Source: Candidatus Poribacteria bacterium (GTDB lineage: Bacteria; Poribacteria; WGA-4E; UBA9662). From it: a DNA stretch of 30,357 bases. Numbering within the stretch: position 1 is the stretch's first letter; the number at the start of each line of letters is the position of its first letter. The translations under genes and the position numbers were made by a program. The notes below the pieces were generated by a model that saw only the letters and a list, made by a program, of their open reading frames with translations, did not search any database and had not been told where the DNA came from. Location of the stretch: NCBI GenBank assembly GCA_046582655.1, contig JAYGDX010000039.1:1-30357 (forward strand). Direction: 5' to 3'. This document shows positions 29,154-30,357 of this stretch, piece by piece.

Positions 29154-30357
29154 CCAAGGATGGCCTTGAACAGTCGTCGCGGAATGGCCACTTCGGCCAT
29201 CTGAAACGTCACATACCACACGTGGAGCACGACCTTATCCTCAATCTTCACCAGCTTCTCCCTCAGCGTTGTCAACGACCAGTGCTTTACACTCTGGGGT
29301 AGCGCTAGTCTGTGAAGGAAGTTGCCCAAGTTGTACGCCAAGGCGACCAATTGCAGCCGGTCCACTGCTCCGCCGTGCCGCGACCGTTGTAGAACTTCAC
29401 TACCCTTTCAGCGCTCCGGCTCAGGTTGATGACAATGAAACCCAGGCGGGGAAACAACTCACCCTGATGCCATTCCACTTTGGCCACCACGCGACGGGCT
29501 GTGTCCCAACTCTTGGCCTGATAGGTGAAACTCTTGTAGATTCTCTTTGGGGCTCTGGAGGGACGGCCTACTGGACGTGTCAGCAAATGCTCAATGGCGC
29601 GCTGTAAGTTCTGGTTAGCGGGTAAACAAATTGCATAAAGGTAGTCTTCCTTTTCGAGAAGGGTGTAAATTTCGGGATTGGCAAACGCAGCGTCCCCACG
29701 GAAGAACCGGCCGATATTCGCATCGCGGTAACGGGCCACGACTGGCTCCAGCACACTATGCCAATCGTCGGTACTGTGCACGTTGCCCTCACGCAACAAC
29801 GCCCGCTCAAGATCGCCGAACTGGTTGAAGCAGAACAGGGGATGGTAGCAGGTGCAGTTAAAGTGTCCGTTGTACGCTGTGCCTTCCTGAGAATCATAGG
29901 TCTCACTGACCGAACTATCCAAGTCCAGAATCAATTCGCGAATCGGCTTACGCTCTTGGACGCGATCGACCCAGTGGCCCGACAGGTCCGTGAGGGCATT
30001 GACATGTTCTGGATCAGTCAAAACTTCCGTCTCGAAGCGCCCCATGTGGCTTCTGGAAGCCGCGTTGCGGTGCCGGGCACGCCCGCCAACGACGTGACGC
30101 ATCGCAGGGTCCACGCTCAGCCGTTCGGCGTCATTGGTATCTTCATAGCCAGCCAAGCGACTGAACACGGACTGACGCAACGAGGCGGTCAGCGTGTGTT
30201 GAGTATTCTCACCGGTGCGCCAGTCATCGAAGTTCTCCTCCGCCATCACCGTCAATCCCAATGCATCATCCAACTCACGATACGCCAACAATCCTGCATC
30301 GCTCGTAACCTTAGAACCATGAAACTCCAGCTTCAAACTACGGTCAAAATTGACGCG
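29111..30357 (-). pseudogene. IS1380-family DDE transposase with internal frameshifting deletion near 29360
   Basis: [49 protein letters not shown] and [10 protein letters not shown] are joined out of frame directly to [15 protein letters not shown]...WSLTTLREKLVKI. The usual IKEGK...RLSC segment is absent. Confidence 0.9.

Larger units (their letters stand above)
28870..30357 (-). mobile_element. IS1380-family insertion sequence (right part; continues beyond window)
   Basis: Abrupt GC increase at 28870, terminal CCGGATTTC, and the transposase gene. Confidence 0.88.

Noticed and set aside
29111..29365. Programmed frameshift joining the two IS1380 ORFs
   Set aside because: There is no slippery sequence, and a conserved catalytic segment is missing at the junction, so this is a deletion.
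1257..29906. Numerous antisense or alternate-frame ORFs in the track (e.g. 1309..1833, 10737..11198, 19182..19823, 19220..19774, 25051..25377, 29269..29607)
   Set aside because: They overlap well-supported genes and lack motifs; these are shadow ORFs.
1..30357. CRISPR array, tRNA/rRNA, retron, DGR or other RT/defence system
   Set aside because: I saw no regularly spaced direct repeats, tRNA T-loop signatures, reverse transcriptase motifs or nuclease/defence genes on manual reading.

Overview
A carbohydrate/sulfate-ester catabolic region undergoing IS-associated gene decay, most likely from Candidatus Poribacteria. This assignment is inferred from a C-terminal SV..SKLA.KW..IK motif together with PhyH, DUF6785-type, LamG and sulfatase genes. 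The window is bounded by two partial ISs: an IS5-family (ISL2-group-like) element on the left and a disrupted IS1380-family element on the right. Apparently intact genes include an orphan ribosomal protein L36 missed by the ORF track, two Gfo/Idh/MocA oxidoreductases, an HpcH aldolase, a PhyH dioxygenase, a 5-bladed beta-propeller, a lactonase, a sulfatase, an RNase Z-like metallo-hydrolase, an FGGY kinase, a TIM-barrel isomerase, a DUF6785-like membrane protein, and CAP and HEAT lipoproteins. About nine pseudogenes or remnants lie between them. Non-coding highlights are a 124-bp MITE whose ends match the left IS, a perfect 15-bp-arm palindrome between divergent genes, a 23-bp inverted duplication at the IS1380 end, and a structured intergenic stretch near 17.5 kb. 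I found no CRISPR array, rRNA, tRNA, reverse transcriptase or defence system. Family assignments come from motif recognition, not database searches.
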